DNA of 56,330 nt. Source: Planctomycetia bacterium (GTDB taxonomy: Bacteria > Planctomycetota > JAJSAM01 > JAJVHW01). Below the pieces are notes generated by a model. It did not search any database, was not told the DNA's origin, and saw only the letters and a list, made by a program, of their open reading frames with translations. The DNA lies in contig JANNHP010000127.1 of the NCBI GenBank assembly GCA_031404455.1, forward strand, positions 1-56,330, written 5' to 3'. A program made the position numbers and the translations under genes. Positions 11,101 through 20,451 of this stretch are shown one piece after another (position 1 is the stretch's first letter; each line of letters begins with the position of its first letter).

Positions 11101-11808
11101 GGACTCGTCATCCTCGACCTTTCCAAGATCACCCTCGCCGACCCGACGCCGCGTGTCGTGAAGGTGATGCCCGAGCTCCAGGGCGTGACGAGCGTGCAGG
11201 TGCAGTTCCGCTACGCGTTCGTCACCACGGCGAAGGGGCTCGAAGTCGTCGACATCACCGACATCGACCGCGCCACGGTCATTCCGGGGGCGCTCGTCCC
11301 GCTGAAAGAAGCGCACGACGTCTACGTGGCCCGCACGTACGCGTACGTCTCGGCCGGCGAGCAGGGCCTCGTGATCGTGGACGTGGAGAATCCCGAGAAA
11401 CCGAAGATCGACCAGACGTTCGACGCCGGCGGCGCGATGAACGACACGCGATGCTGCCGCGTCGCGATGACGAACGCGTCGCTCTTCGCCTACGTCGCCG
11501 ACGGGAAGAACGGCCTGCGCGTCGTCCAGCTCACGTCGCCCGAGACCGTCCCGCAGTTCAACGGCTTCAGCCCGCGCGTCAAGCCCGAGCTGATCGCCAC
11601 GTATCCCACGCACGCCCCCGCGCTGTCGCTCAGCAAGGCGCTCGACCGCGACCGCGCCGTCGACGAGAGCGGCAACCAGCTCTCCGTGTTCGGCAGGATC
11701 GGCGCGCGCCCGTTCAACCTCGAGGAACAGCGCCGCTTCTACGTGCGGGACGGAAAGCTCTTCCGCGTCACGGACGCGCCGAAGAACAGGCCGCTCGGCG
11801 GGAAGTAG
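8113..11808 (+). CDS. Decaheme c-type cytochrome lipoprotein fused to an LVIVD-repeat beta-propeller
   Basis: Lipobox LVAAC; 10 CxxCH (CLTCH, CVDCH, CGVCH, CTACH, CIVCH, CVDCH, CIDCH, CQSCH, CFGCH, CTDCH); about 7 LVIVD-type blades (e.g. [19 protein letters not shown]). Confidence 0.9.
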   Translation: MVKRAVVLALSSLAVAALVAACAQAVPTDSAAPPPGSVWKSHAANESPAVESLMAQTQAAAFAKSKGCLTCHQGIEKEHASATVAIGCVDCHGGDADATAKERAHVLPADPSIDDTYVMDWLDHSFEYVRFVNPGDLRVVDTTCGVCHPNEAYATKKSMMAHGAMLWGAALYNNGSFPIKRPQFGEAYDAYGRAVRVQTVPPPTDADIKRGVVPYMDPLPRYNVSQMGNVLRTFERGGKRPLELGNPDKDEDPGLPARRLSHRGLGTLLRTDPVFLGLQKTRLLDPLLWMPGSNDHPGDYRASGCTACHMIYANDRDPVHSGSYAQFGNRGRSRSGDPTIPKNEDGHPIKHELTRAIPSSQCIVCHMHPGTNMVTTYYGDIWYDNETDSNLLFDGKDRTDAERHDIQQANPEGSALRGKWSDPDFLAEVSTLNPQMKNAQLSDYHGHGWLYRKVYKKDRKGNLLDADDKIVAADDPKKFEKAVHLADIHAERGMHCVDCHFTQDAHGDGRLYQEPRAATEIMCIDCHGTAGKKATLVTSGNAGGNDLAESRTPFGKRFFRRGGVLYQRSQLDKDVVWAVPEIVDSIDPVNAGRKFGGEGIRERPVYNEKARYAKTMHKDGATWGKVPADHADLAHDPGKMTCQSCHTSWTTACFGCHLPMSANNRKEIRHFEGGVSRNWTQYNYQVLRDDAYMLGIDGSVTGNRISPVRSACAVLVGSQNQNREWLYSQQQTISAEGFSGQAFSTYVPHTVRTRETKQCTDCHLSESNDNNAWMAQLLLHGTNYVNFMGRYVYVATGDAGFEAIAVTEREEPQAVYGSTLQRDAFPDRHKKFVEGGRALTEAYHHGGKEARSLQLRGEYCYVAEGKGGLYVYDVSNVDNKGFSERLTTSLVSPLGQRFYVKTKDARAVASPTTLGVDPTRPQRPENEEQSIHPLFAYLYVADREEGLVMVLAATLLDGDPANNFLDRTMVFNPDHVLDGAETVTVAGNYVYMGTKKGLVILDLSKITLADPTPRVVKVMPELQGVTSVQVQFRYAFVTTAKGLEVVDITDIDRATVIPGALVPLKEAHDVYVARTYAYVSAGEQGLVIVDVENPEKPKIDQTFDAGGAMNDTRCCRVAMTNASLFAYVADGKNGLRVVQLTSPETVPQFNGFSPRVKPELIATYPTHAPALSLSKALDRDRAVDESGNQLSVFGRIGARPFNLEEQRRFYVRDGKLFRVTDAPKNRPLGGK

Positions 11809-11817
11809 CGCGGGCGT

Positions 11818-12739
11818 TCAGCGCTCGAAGTGGATGTCGTCGTCGGTGCCGGGCTCTAGGTCCGGACCGATGCTGAAGAGCTGGAACGAGTCCCCACGGA
11901 ACCATCCGTCCTTCGTGCGGAGCGGCATCACGCGGATGCGAGTCCCGCCGCGGAGGACGACGAGCGCCCCGCCGTCCGAGAACGCCTCGTACGACGCCGC
12001 GTCGAAGTAGACGAGCGGGTTCCCGAAAGTATCCACGTACTCGCGGCCGCGCAGGTCGGAGCCCTCGTCTCCGTCGGTGTCGGCGACGGACGCGCCGTCG
12101 ACTGCGGTGCCGGCGACGATCAGCGCGACGCGGAGCGTCTCGATGCCGGCGTTCGCGTCGTCGGGTCCGCACTCGACGTGCGGCGGCGCGGGCATCACAG
12201 AGACGCAGCGGCCGATGTAATCGACCATCGGCGCCTTCGCCTGGGCCAGGGTTCTCGGCATCACCGCGCGCAGCGCGAGCGCGAACGCGCCGATGAGGAA
12301 GACCGCCGTCATCCCGATGGTCAGCAGCACGTGTCGCGCGCCGCCTTCGAAGACGGACGGCGTTCGGACCGGCACATCGCCAAGTTTTCGAATCGCGCTC
12401 ACCGACACGGCACGGGTGGCAACGTGAGCAGCGGTCGCGACGTACATGGCGAGGAGTGAGAACTCCCCCGTCCACGACGGTCCCTCGAGCGGATCGTCCG
12501 CAGAGTCGAGCGCCCAACCCAGAGCCGCACCGAGGCAGGCCGCACCAGCAACGGCCCGAAACGGACGGTCCGTCTGGGCGCAGACGAGCGAGAACGCGCG
12601 CGGCGCCGGGGTGGTGACGATGAAGGCCGGACAGGGAGACGACGAGCGCGACGAACGCCGTCAGCCCGAGGAGCGGCAGCACGCCCCAGAGCGCGTTCCG
12701 CTGGCAACGGATGACGTAGCCGTCGAGCGTCAACTCCAC
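11818..12739 (-). pseudogene. Membrane protein with GspG/pseudopilin-like C-terminus, apparently frameshifted near 12635; intact ORF part is 11818-12447
   Basis: C-terminal DTFGNPLVYF...FQLFSIGPDLEPGTDDDI. The hydrophobic N-terminal segment (GTG 12739, LWGVLPLLGLTAFVALVVSL) is in a different frame from the continuation PAFIVTT...LLAMYVAT. Confidence 0.5.
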
Positions 12740-12846
12740 CCCCGCGCGCGGCGCGATCGCCGCCGGGCCGGAGCGTAACGCCCCTCGCGGAGCGCGGCCA
12801 CCGCCCGCGCCCCGCGCGTCGCTCGAGGCCGGGATCGCTCGAGCCC

Positions 12847-12930
12847 GGGACGGTCCTGACTTTCGATACTTCCGAGCCTGGAAGGCACTCGCCGGCCGCG
12901 CCGAACGGGTGCGAAAGTCAGGACCGTCCC
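12847..12930. repeat. 19-bp perfect inverted repeat (REP-like doublet)
   Basis: GGGACGGTCCTGACTTTCG (12847-12865) / CGAAAGTCAGGACCGTCCC (12912-12930). The core GTCAGGACCGTCCC recurs at 29824-29837. Confidence 0.85.
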
Positions 12931-13005
12931 TGGCGCACGATCCCGGCGCCCGACGTGTTCCTCGCGCCATCGGACTCCGCGCCCGCGCCACGCCCCGATG
13001 GCTAC

Positions 13006-13034
13006 GTGAAGTTCCGCGCCTCGCGGAACTTCAC
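13006..13034 (-). terminator. 13-bp hairpin overlapping the stop of the 15-heme cytochrome gene
   Basis: GTGAAGTTCCGCG-cct-CGCGGAACTTCAC; no U-tract. Confidence 0.55.
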
Positions 13035-15100
13035 CGGTGGAACCGCTCCCGCACGTGGCACTTCACGCACGAGTCCTCGTCGAACGCGGGCCAGGCGACG
13101 TCGAGCACGCGCGTGGCGCGGTCGGCGTGCTCCTCTCGATGGCACCCGGCGCACTCGCTCTTCGCGTGGCCGGCGCTCGCGTGGTCGAACGGGCCGATCG
13201 CGGCGGCCGACTTCTTCAGCGCCTTCTCGGGGTTGAAGATGCCGGGTTCGTTGAACCGGAACTCGAGGCGTCCGTTGATCTCCCGGTTCTTGCCGGGCGC
13301 GCGGTCCACGTGGCAGAGGACGCACTTGCCCTCGCCCACGCTCTCGTGGCCGGTGTGGCACGCCTTGCAGTCCTTCGCGCCCTCGCGGAAGCCCATCGGC
13401 GCCTCGCCCGCCGCGGGCGTGTGGCACGAGAGACATCCCTTCGACAGCGTGTCGAGCGACGCGTAGCGCAGCGCACTCCGCGTGAGCGACGCCGAGTCGA
13501 GCGTGTGGACCTTGTGGAACATGTCGCCGACGCGGCGCGTGGCGCCCTCCTTCACCGGGACGGGCGTCGGCTCGGAGTCCACGTGGCACGTCGCGCAGAC
13601 GGCCGTGTTCACGAGCCTCGTGCCGGCGAGGGACGACGAACCCGCGACGTCCTCGTGGCACGCTTTGCAGTCCGCGGCGAGTGCCCGCTCGGCGCCGGGC
13701 GACGGCGAGACCGTGCGCAGGTGATGGTCGTGGCGGAAGACCTTCTCGCCGATCGGCGTGCGCTTGCCGGCCGACGACTTCTCGAGGACGTGGCACGCGA
13801 GGCACTCGTCCTTCTTGAAGTCGTGGTTCCGCGGCTTCAGGACCCACTTCGATTCGGTCGCGGGCAGTTCGACCGTCCTCAGGTCGGCCGTGATCTTCGA
13901 CGGGCTCTCGGCCTTCGCGTGGCACGCATAGCACGCGGCGCCTTCCTGGTCGCGGCCGTGAATGGCGACGCGCCAGTCGGCGTGGCACTCGAGGCACTTG
14001 TCGTAGGCGACGACCTCGAACTCGGCCGTCGCGATCACCGGGTTCACCGCGCCCTTCGCGAGCGGCTTGTGGCAGTCGGCGCAGGCGACGGGCACCTGTC
14101 CCTTCTGCGGCGGGCCGCCGGGCACGCCCGCGATGCCCCCCGTCCGCGCCACGCGGTGGTCGGCGTGCGAGAATCCGTCGATGAGGAGATGGCGCGCGAA
14201 CGGCGCGCCGCGCTCGTCGCGGAGGCGCGTCTTCGCGATCGCAACGACCTCGCCGGGAACGTCGCCCGACGGGTACGCAACCGTCAGCTCCTCGTGGCAG
14301 CCCGCGCAGGTCCGCGGCCAACCCATCGACGTCTTCCCCATCGGCGGCATGATGTCGGCATCCGCCCCGACGTGCTCCGCGTGGCACTCGTTGCACCTGA
14401 GCCCGGCGTTCAGCGCGTACGGGTGCGTCGCCGGCGCGTCGAAGCCCTTGTGGCACTCCGCGCACTTCGCGTTGTAGTCCGACGAGAGCGGCGCGTGGCA
14501 CGCGGCGCAGTCCTTCGGGCCGTCCCTGGCGCCGATCGCGTGGGCGTGATGGAGTTCGCCGCGCGTCATCGCCTCGGTGTCCTTCACGAACGGGAACGCC
14601 GCGAGGAGGAGGACGCCCGCCACCCCTGCGATCCAGTTCGCGCGGCGCAGATACGGCGTCTTGCCCCACCGGTGCTCCTGCGGCCCCGGATCGACGAGTG
14701 CGAACGGCCTCGAAGGCTTCGTCTTCATCACGATGCCGTCGACGACCTGCGGCAGGTACTGCTCGTTCGTCGTGAGCGTGCACTCGGCCTTCGCGGCGTC
14801 GATCGCGCACTCGACGAGCGAGTGGCCGACCTGCACCGTCGCGCCCGAGCGCAGCGATCCGCGGCCGTCCACGGGGTGGCCGTCCACGAACACGCCGGAG
14901 AGCTTGCCCTTCACCTCGAGTGCGAGATGCGCTCCGTCGAAGTGGAAGACGATCTCTTCCTGCGACACGAGACGGTCCGCGACGAACACGTCGGCCAAGG
15001 GGCGCGATCCGAGCACGACCTCGCCGCGGTCCACGATCCTGTCGGGCTTGTCCCGGTTGGCGCGGCCGCGCAGCTTGAACTTCAGGATGAAGCGGCTCAT
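13031..15100 (-). CDS. FHA-like domain, TM helix and 15-heme cytochrome c3-type protein
   Basis: ATG 15100 overlaps the upstream stop; FHA-like (VVLGSRPLADVFVADRLVS...SGVFVDG...LRSGATVQVG); TM WIAGVAGVLLLAAFPFV; 15 CxxCH with c3-type FSHADH/FRHDHH/FDHASAGH distal His motifs. Confidence 0.9.
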   Translation of the reverse strand: MSRFILKFKLRGRANRDKPDRIVDRGEVVLGSRPLADVFVADRLVSQEEIVFHFDGAHLALEVKGKLSGVFVDGHPVDGRGSLRSGATVQVGHSLVECAIDAAKAECTLTTNEQYLPQVVDGIVMKTKPSRPFALVDPGPQEHRWGKTPYLRRANWIAGVAGVLLLAAFPFVKDTEAMTRGELHHAHAIGARDGPKDCAACHAPLSSDYNAKCAECHKGFDAPATHPYALNAGLRCNECHAEHVGADADIMPPMGKTSMGWPRTCAGCHEELTVAYPSGDVPGEVVAIAKTRLRDERGAPFARHLLIDGFSHADHRVARTGGIAGVPGGPPQKGQVPVACADCHKPLAKGAVNPVIATAEFEVVAYDKCLECHADWRVAIHGRDQEGAACYACHAKAESPSKITADLRTVELPATESKWVLKPRNHDFKKDECLACHVLEKSSAGKRTPIGEKVFRHDHHLRTVSPSPGAERALAADCKACHEDVAGSSSLAGTRLVNTAVCATCHVDSEPTPVPVKEGATRRVGDMFHKVHTLDSASLTRSALRYASLDTLSKGCLSCHTPAAGEAPMGFREGAKDCKACHTGHESVGEGKCVLCHVDRAPGKNREINGRLEFRFNEPGIFNPEKALKKSAAAIGPFDHASAGHAKSECAGCHREEHADRATRVLDVAWPAFDEDSCVKCHVRERFHR

Positions 15101-17277
15101 TGCAGCAGTACCGACGGGTCGATGCGTTCGATCGCGCCGCACGGACAGTTGTAGATGCACGCCATGTCGCCGCGGCCCGCGCAGAGGTCGCACTTCACGG
15201 CCATGCGCAGGCGCTTCTTGCCGCCGTCGTCGGCGGGCTTCGCCGGCTCTTTCGTCGCGGCCTTCGCGGTGACGAGGTTCGAGAAGAACGGCAGCTTGCC
15301 GAGGAAGGTCGAGATCGGGCTCGCCTTCACCTCGAGCGTGCCGTCGCCCACGAGCGACTGCATGTGGATCGTGCCGTACGGGCACGCCGGCTCGCAGAGG
15401 GCGCACCCGGTGCAGGCCTCGGGGTCGATGTTCACGCGTCCGCGGCGGTCGCGGCGGATCGCGCCGAACTTGCACGCGAGCATGCAGTCCGGGACGCGGC
15501 AGTTGTAGCAACTGGACGTGAGCAGGAGGTCGCCGTACTGGATGCCGCGCTTGCCGATGCGCGGGATGCGGTCCTCGTGCGCCTCGATGCATCCTTCGAC
15601 GCACATGTTGCAGCGCGTGCACTTCGACATGTCGATGACGAGCGCCTCGCCCGCCTTCACCACCTCGTGCTCGGTCCCGATCTCGCGGGCGCGTATCCGC
15701 GCCTCCGACTCGTCGCCCGCGAGGAAGTCGTCGGCGTGGATCTTCCGGACGCGGTCGAGCACCGTCGCCTTCACCTCGGGGAACTGGTCGAGGAGCGAGA
15801 GGAACGGAGCCTTCGCGATCTTGACCATGTCCATGCGATCCACGGCGGCGACCGTCGAGCCGCGCGGCTTGTCCTCGAGCAGCGCCACCTCGCCGAAGAA
15901 CGAGTTCTCGCAGAGCCACGCGAGGATCTCTTCCCCGCGCGTGACCTTGGCGTGGCCGGTGCGGATGAGGAAGAAGGCGTCGCCCGGATCGCCCTCCTTC
16001 ACGATCGTCTCGCCCTTCTCGACGACGACGAGCTCCGCCACCTCGGAGATCCGCTTCAGCACCGACTCCTTGATGCCGCGGAAGATCGACACGGTGGAGA
16101 GGTGGTTCGCGAGGGCGCGCTCCCGATAGGCGACGTCGATCATCTTCTTGAAGCCGGCGCTCTTCTTGTCGCCGTAGATCTTGATGAACGTGTGGCGCGG
16201 CACCGAGAGCACGACGGCGTCGGACTCCGCGATCACCGTGGCGGCGCGCGGCGCGTTCGACATGCAGCTCATCTCGCCGAACCACGAGTTCACGGGCAGC
16301 GAGGCGAGGTACTTCTGCGCGTCGCCCGCCTGCTTGTAGACGCCGACCATGCCCTGCAGCACGACGTAGAAGTCGGCGGTGTACTCGCCCTCCTTGCAGA
16401 TGACGGCCTTCGGCGAGAGCACGCGGAACTCGCCCTCCTCGACGACGGACTTCCGCAGCGCGGGGCTGACCTCCTTGAAGATCGGGACCTGCGCGATGAG
16501 GAAGTCGGGCGAGTCCGGATCGACGGGCTCGGGCGGCGGCGCTGCCGCCGCGGGCTTCGCTGCCGCGCCGGGCACGGGGGGAACGCCGGGAGACTTCGGC
16601 GCGGCAGGCCCGCCCGGCGGTTTCGGCGCGGGAGGACCCGGCGGCTTCGGCGCCGCGGGCGCTCCGGGCGGCGACGGCGGTCGCGGCGCGGACGGAGGTG
16701 TCGGTCCCGCAGTAGGAGGCTTCGGCGCCCCTGGTGGTTTCGGAGCTCCGGGCGGCTTCGGCGGCGACGGCGCCGCCGGAGGTGCCGGAGTCGCAGCGGC
16801 GGAAGGAACCTCGGCCGGAGCGACGGGCGGCTTCGGAGCGACGGGCGGCTTCGGTGCGCCAGAAGGCATCGGGGGTCCCGGCGGCCTCGGCGGTCCGGGA
16901 GGCTTCGGGGCAGACGGAGGCTTCGGCGCGGACGGCGCTGCGGGAGCTGCGGCCGCGGGCGGTTGCGGCGCTCCGGGAGGCTTCGGCGGCGACGGCGCGG
17001 CGGACGGAGGTTTCGGTGGCGACGGCGGTTTCGGCGGCGCGGGCGGCCTGGGCGCGGAGAGCGGTGCGGGAGGAACGGTTGCGGCCGGCGCGGCGGGCGC
17101 AGAGGGCGCGGGCGGAACGACGATCGGACCCACCGCAATGGTGCGGTCCTCCGGCACGACGACCTCGTGCGTGTGGTCGCCCGAGGACTGGCCCTCGTCC
17201 GAGAGCGGCGGCGCGACGGGCAGCTCGTCGTCCGCGTGCTTCGGGCGGGTCTTGTCGTTCTCGTCGGAGGGGGTCAT
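15097..17277 (-). CDS. Pro-rich linker, two cyclic-nucleotide-binding domains and a 4x[4Fe-4S] DmsB/NrfC-type ferredoxin
   Basis: FGEMSCMSNAPRAAT and FGEVALLEDKPRGST phosphate-binding cassettes; CTRCNMCVEGC, CYNCRVPDCMLAC, CTGCALCEPAC, CDLC...CIYNCP (16 Cys); ~200 aa PKPP-repeat region. Confidence 0.9.
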   Translation of the reverse strand: MTPSDENDKTRPKHADDELPVAPPLSDEGQSSGDHTHEVVVPEDRTIAVGPIVVPPAPSAPAAPAATVPPAPLSAPRPPAPPKPPSPPKPPSAAPSPPKPPGAPQPPAAAAPAAPSAPKPPSAPKPPGPPRPPGPPMPSGAPKPPVAPKPPVAPAEVPSAAATPAPPAAPSPPKPPGAPKPPGAPKPPTAGPTPPSAPRPPSPPGAPAAPKPPGPPAPKPPGGPAAPKSPGVPPVPGAAAKPAAAAPPPEPVDPDSPDFLIAQVPIFKEVSPALRKSVVEEGEFRVLSPKAVICKEGEYTADFYVVLQGMVGVYKQAGDAQKYLASLPVNSWFGEMSCMSNAPRAATVIAESDAVVLSVPRHTFIKIYGDKKSAGFKKMIDVAYRERALANHLSTVSIFRGIKESVLKRISEVAELVVVEKGETIVKEGDPGDAFFLIRTGHAKVTRGEEILAWLCENSFFGEVALLEDKPRGSTVAAVDRMDMVKIAKAPFLSLLDQFPEVKATVLDRVRKIHADDFLAGDESEARIRAREIGTEHEVVKAGEALVIDMSKCTRCNMCVEGCIEAHEDRIPRIGKRGIQYGDLLLTSSCYNCRVPDCMLACKFGAIRRDRRGRVNIDPEACTGCALCEPACPYGTIHMQSLVGDGTLEVKASPISTFLGKLPFFSNLVTAKAATKEPAKPADDGGKKRLRMAVKCDLCAGRGDMACIYNCPCGAIERIDPSVLLQ

Positions 17278-17278
17278 G

Positions 17279-18355
17279 TCAGTACCACAGCACTGCCCAG
17301 ACGTGCAGTGCGATGACGAAGAAGAGCGCCACGGACACCGGCACGTGGACCCAGCGCCAGAGACGCAGCCAGAAGTCGTAGCCGCGCGCGAGGGCAGTGT
17401 TCCACAGGAGGTTGTCGCGCGCGCCCGCCATCACGAGGAGATCGCGCGCGAGTTCCGCGTTCTGCGGGTCCGTCGTGGCGATGCGGCCCATGATCGCGGT
17501 CGCGCGCTCCGCGAGGTCGCGCGGCGACTTCGCGGGGACGAGGAGCGGCGCGAACTCCGCGCGCAGCTTCTCGTCGAGCGTGGCGATCACGCCCTCGATG
17601 CAGCTCTGGTGACTCTCGCGCGCGACACCCGCTTCCTCGTACGGGATGCCCACGTCCGCCTTCGCGAGCCGCGGGGGGATGACGCGGTAGAGCACGGCGC
17701 CGGCCACGCCGGTGACGAGCACGACCATCGAGAGGACGAAGAGAGCCCAGCCGATCGGGTGCCTGAGCACGAAGTCCGCGTGCAGCAGCACGCCGGCGCA
17801 AGCGACGGTGCCGACGCCCATGTGCATCTCGAGCCACGCCTCGAGCCGCCCGAACGGCTCCTTCTTCTTCAGTTCGACGAACTTCACCGCGCGGCCGGCG
17901 ACCTCGATCGTCCGCAGTTCCGCCCGCTGGACCCTCTGCGTCGCGTAGCGGACGAGGATCTCGTCGGCGGCCGCCTGGATCTCGGCGTCGTTCCCGAAGG
18001 CGCCCTTCCTGATCTTCGTGTTGAGGTCCTGGATCGACGCCCAGCTCGCATCGCCCGCGCCCGCGCCGGACCTTCCGAAGCGGCGGAAGTACTCGAGCTT
18101 GATCGACCACTTGCGCACGACGAAGAGCATCGTCGCGACGAAGAGCGCGAGGAGGACGTTGCCGGACCAGAGGTACCACGTGCGCTCCGCGCCGGGCGTC
18201 CCGCGGGCCGGGAGCGCGACGAACGCCCACGCGGCGCCCGCGACCACGCCCGTGCCGAGCAGCCAGAGCCACGTCCCCTTGCGCCCCATGAAGCGCACGA
18301 CGAACCGCCGGTTGAGGAGCGCCGGACCCTCGGACGGGATCGACTGGCTGGTCAT
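17279..18355 (-). CDS. Polytopic membrane protein, ferric-reductase/cytochrome b-like
   Basis: ATG 18355; 5-6 hydrophobic helices; two His pairs 13 residues apart (WLEMH...VLLH and WRWVH...IALH), the heme b ligation pattern. Confidence 0.72.
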   Translation of the reverse strand: MTSQSIPSEGPALLNRRFVVRFMGRKGTWLWLLGTGVVAGAAWAFVALPARGTPGAERTWYLWSGNVLLALFVATMLFVVRKWSIKLEYFRRFGRSGAGAGDASWASIQDLNTKIRKGAFGNDAEIQAAADEILVRYATQRVQRAELRTIEVAGRAVKFVELKKKEPFGRLEAWLEMHMGVGTVACAGVLLHADFVLRHPIGWALFVLSMVVLVTGVAGAVLYRVIPPRLAKADVGIPYEEAGVARESHQSCIEGVIATLDEKLRAEFAPLLVPAKSPRDLAERATAIMGRIATTDPQNAELARDLLVMAGARDNLLWNTALARGYDFWLRLWRWVHVPVSVALFFVIALHVWAVLWY

Positions 18356-20451
18356 CGGCCCGAGAGGCTCCGCAGGTACCCGCGCGGTTCGTTGCGGTGG
18401 CACGTGGCGCAGGTGCGTCCTCGCGCGTCGACGCCCGCCTTCGCGATCGCCGGGTCGTTGAACCACTCCTTCGCGAACTTCGGGTCGTCGTGGATCGACA
18501 GACGGACCGACGCCTTCGTGATGCGCTCCTCGTACGGCGCGTCCGCCGCGCCGTCGCGCACGTGGCACGCCGCGCAGTCGCCGCCCTTGTCGTGGTGCTG
18601 CACCCCCGCGCCGAGCTCGAGGTGCGATCGCGCGATCGTCTCCCGCGGCGGCGACTCCACGCGGCCGTTCGCGTCGCCGCGGACCTTGTCGTGGCAGAAG
18701 AGGCACTTCGTCGAGTCGCCCTGCGAGATCTTCGGTCCGGTGCGCGCGACCTTCGCGGCGTCGCCCTCGTGCGCGTGGCACTTCGAGCAGTCGAGGACGT
18801 CGGCGGGCGTCGTGTACCCGAACTTCCCGCCCGCCGAGTGGCACTGCGTGCACGCCATGCCCTTCCCGTCCGCGGTGAGGGAGGCGGCGCGCACGTGGCC
18901 GCCGTGGTCGAACTGCACCGCCTTGCGCGCGACGAGCGGCGTCGAGAGTCCGAGCTCCGCCGCGGTCGCGCCCGCGTGGCAGTCGAGGCAGCCGCGCGCC
19001 GACGCGGCGGCGCCCGTCGGGACCGGAGCGCGTTCGATGTGCGCGTCGAAGCGTGCGAGGTCCTCGCTGCGGCGCGACGTCGCCGACGTCGTGTGGCAGA
19101 CGAGGCAGCTCTCGGTCGTCGGGTTCGCGGGGAGGTGCGGGTCGTGCGCGAACGGACGTCCCGTGAGGCGCGAGGTGAGAGCGTCGCCTCCGGCGATGTG
19201 GCAGTCCGAGCAGGCCTTCGCTTCGCCGCCGACCGCTTGCGTCGGATCGGCGAGACGTGCGCCCGCCGCGGCGACGCCCGGGTGACGGTGCAGGGAGAAC
19301 TTCGAATCGCCGACGGTCGCGCGCGACACCTCCGCCTTCGCGATCGCGAGCTTGCCCTTCTCGTCCACGCCGCCGTCGTGGCACTTGAAGCACGCCCACT
19401 GGCCGATGCCGTGGTCCTTCACGGCCCACGACGGCTTCTCCGGCGCCCACCCGTCGTGACCGTGGCAGGCGTCGCACGCCGCGTAGTCGACGAGTTGTTC
19501 GCGGCCGACGGGCTCCGGCGACGCGACACGCTTCGGGAAGAGCGTGCGTCCGTGCTCGTCGCTCTCGGGGTAGTGGCAGGTCGCGCACTTCATGCGCGTG
19601 AACTCGCCGAGGTGCTTCGAGTGCGGGAACTTGTCGAAGTCGATGCGCGTGATGGTCGTCGCCTTCGCGGCGACCGCGACGAGCGGCTTGCCGGCCGCGT
19701 CGACGTGGCATCCGGCGCACTTCCCCGCCGTGGCGCCCGCGGGGTCGTAGTCCCAGATCGTCTTGCTGGCTCTCACCGCGTCGTGGCACGCCATGCAGTC
19801 GGCCGAGGCACCGCCGTGGTCCGCATGGAGGAACGCGCGCGCCGTCGTCGCCGGCCGCGCGCCCGGGCGGTACTTCACGGGCTCGATCGACGCGTCCTTC
19901 ATGTGGCACTTCGCGCACGCGAGTCCGTCGCCCGTGCGCTCGTCCTGCTTCACGACGCCGCCCGCGGGCTCGTGCGCCGCGTGGCAGTCGGCGCACGTCT
20001 TCTCGCTCGCCCTGGTTCCCGGCCGCGACTTCGGCCCGAGCCCCGAGGTCGGCACCGAGTACTCGATCCAGTCGCCGTCCACGCGCGGCGCGTGGCACGA
20101 GAAGCAGGCGACGTCCGGGAGCCGCGCGCCGTCCTTCGCGAACAGGTGCTCCTTGTGCTGGAACGCCGGACGGGTGTAGGCGCCCGTCATCTTCTTCTCG
20201 AGGTGCGTCGCGTCCACGTGGCACGCGTCGCAGCCCGCGAAGTGCGCCTCGCGCTCGCCCTTCGAGTAGTCGTGGCACGCGCGGCAGTCGGCGTCCGAGC
20301 CGCCGCCCGCTGCCGAGATCGTGGCCGTGGAGAGGTGCGGCCGGTGCGGGAAGCTGAACGGCCCCGACCCGGACGACGGCAGCGCGACGGCGAACGCGAC
20401 CGCGAGCGCCACGGCGCCGATCGCGATCCGCCGGACGCCCGCCGTCGTCAC
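18352..20451 (-). CDS. Exported 18-heme cytochrome c3-type protein
   Basis: GTG 20451 (GTGA overlap); signal RRIAIGAVALAVAFAVALP; 18 CxxCH; FPHRPH/FQHKEH/FLHADH/FPHSKH/FAHDPH/FDHGGH motifs. Confidence 0.9.
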   Translation of the reverse strand: MTTAGVRRIAIGAVALAVAFAVALPSSGSGPFSFPHRPHLSTATISAAGGGSDADCRACHDYSKGEREAHFAGCDACHVDATHLEKKMTGAYTRPAFQHKEHLFAKDGARLPDVACFSCHAPRVDGDWIEYSVPTSGLGPKSRPGTRASEKTCADCHAAHEPAGGVVKQDERTGDGLACAKCHMKDASIEPVKYRPGARPATTARAFLHADHGGASADCMACHDAVRASKTIWDYDPAGATAGKCAGCHVDAAGKPLVAVAAKATTITRIDFDKFPHSKHLGEFTRMKCATCHYPESDEHGRTLFPKRVASPEPVGREQLVDYAACDACHGHDGWAPEKPSWAVKDHGIGQWACFKCHDGGVDEKGKLAIAKAEVSRATVGDSKFSLHRHPGVAAAGARLADPTQAVGGEAKACSDCHIAGGDALTSRLTGRPFAHDPHLPANPTTESCLVCHTTSATSRRSEDLARFDAHIERAPVPTGAAASARGCLDCHAGATAAELGLSTPLVARKAVQFDHGGHVRAASLTADGKGMACTQCHSAGGKFGYTTPADVLDCSKCHAHEGDAAKVARTGPKISQGDSTKCLFCHDKVRGDANGRVESPPRETIARSHLELGAGVQHHDKGGDCAACHVRDGAADAPYEERITKASVRLSIHDDPKFAKEWFNDPAIAKAGVDARGRTCATCHRNEPRGYLRSLSGR

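Noticed and set aside
16379-17280. Gly-rich PE-PGRS/collagen-like ORF on the plus strand
   Set aside because: It is the antisense of the Pro-rich arm of the cNMP-ferredoxin.
8113-20451. Assigning the cytochromes to MtrA/MtrC, HAO, NrfA or anammox proteins
   Set aside because: Heme counts, spacing and fused domains do not match; no CxxCK motif was seen.
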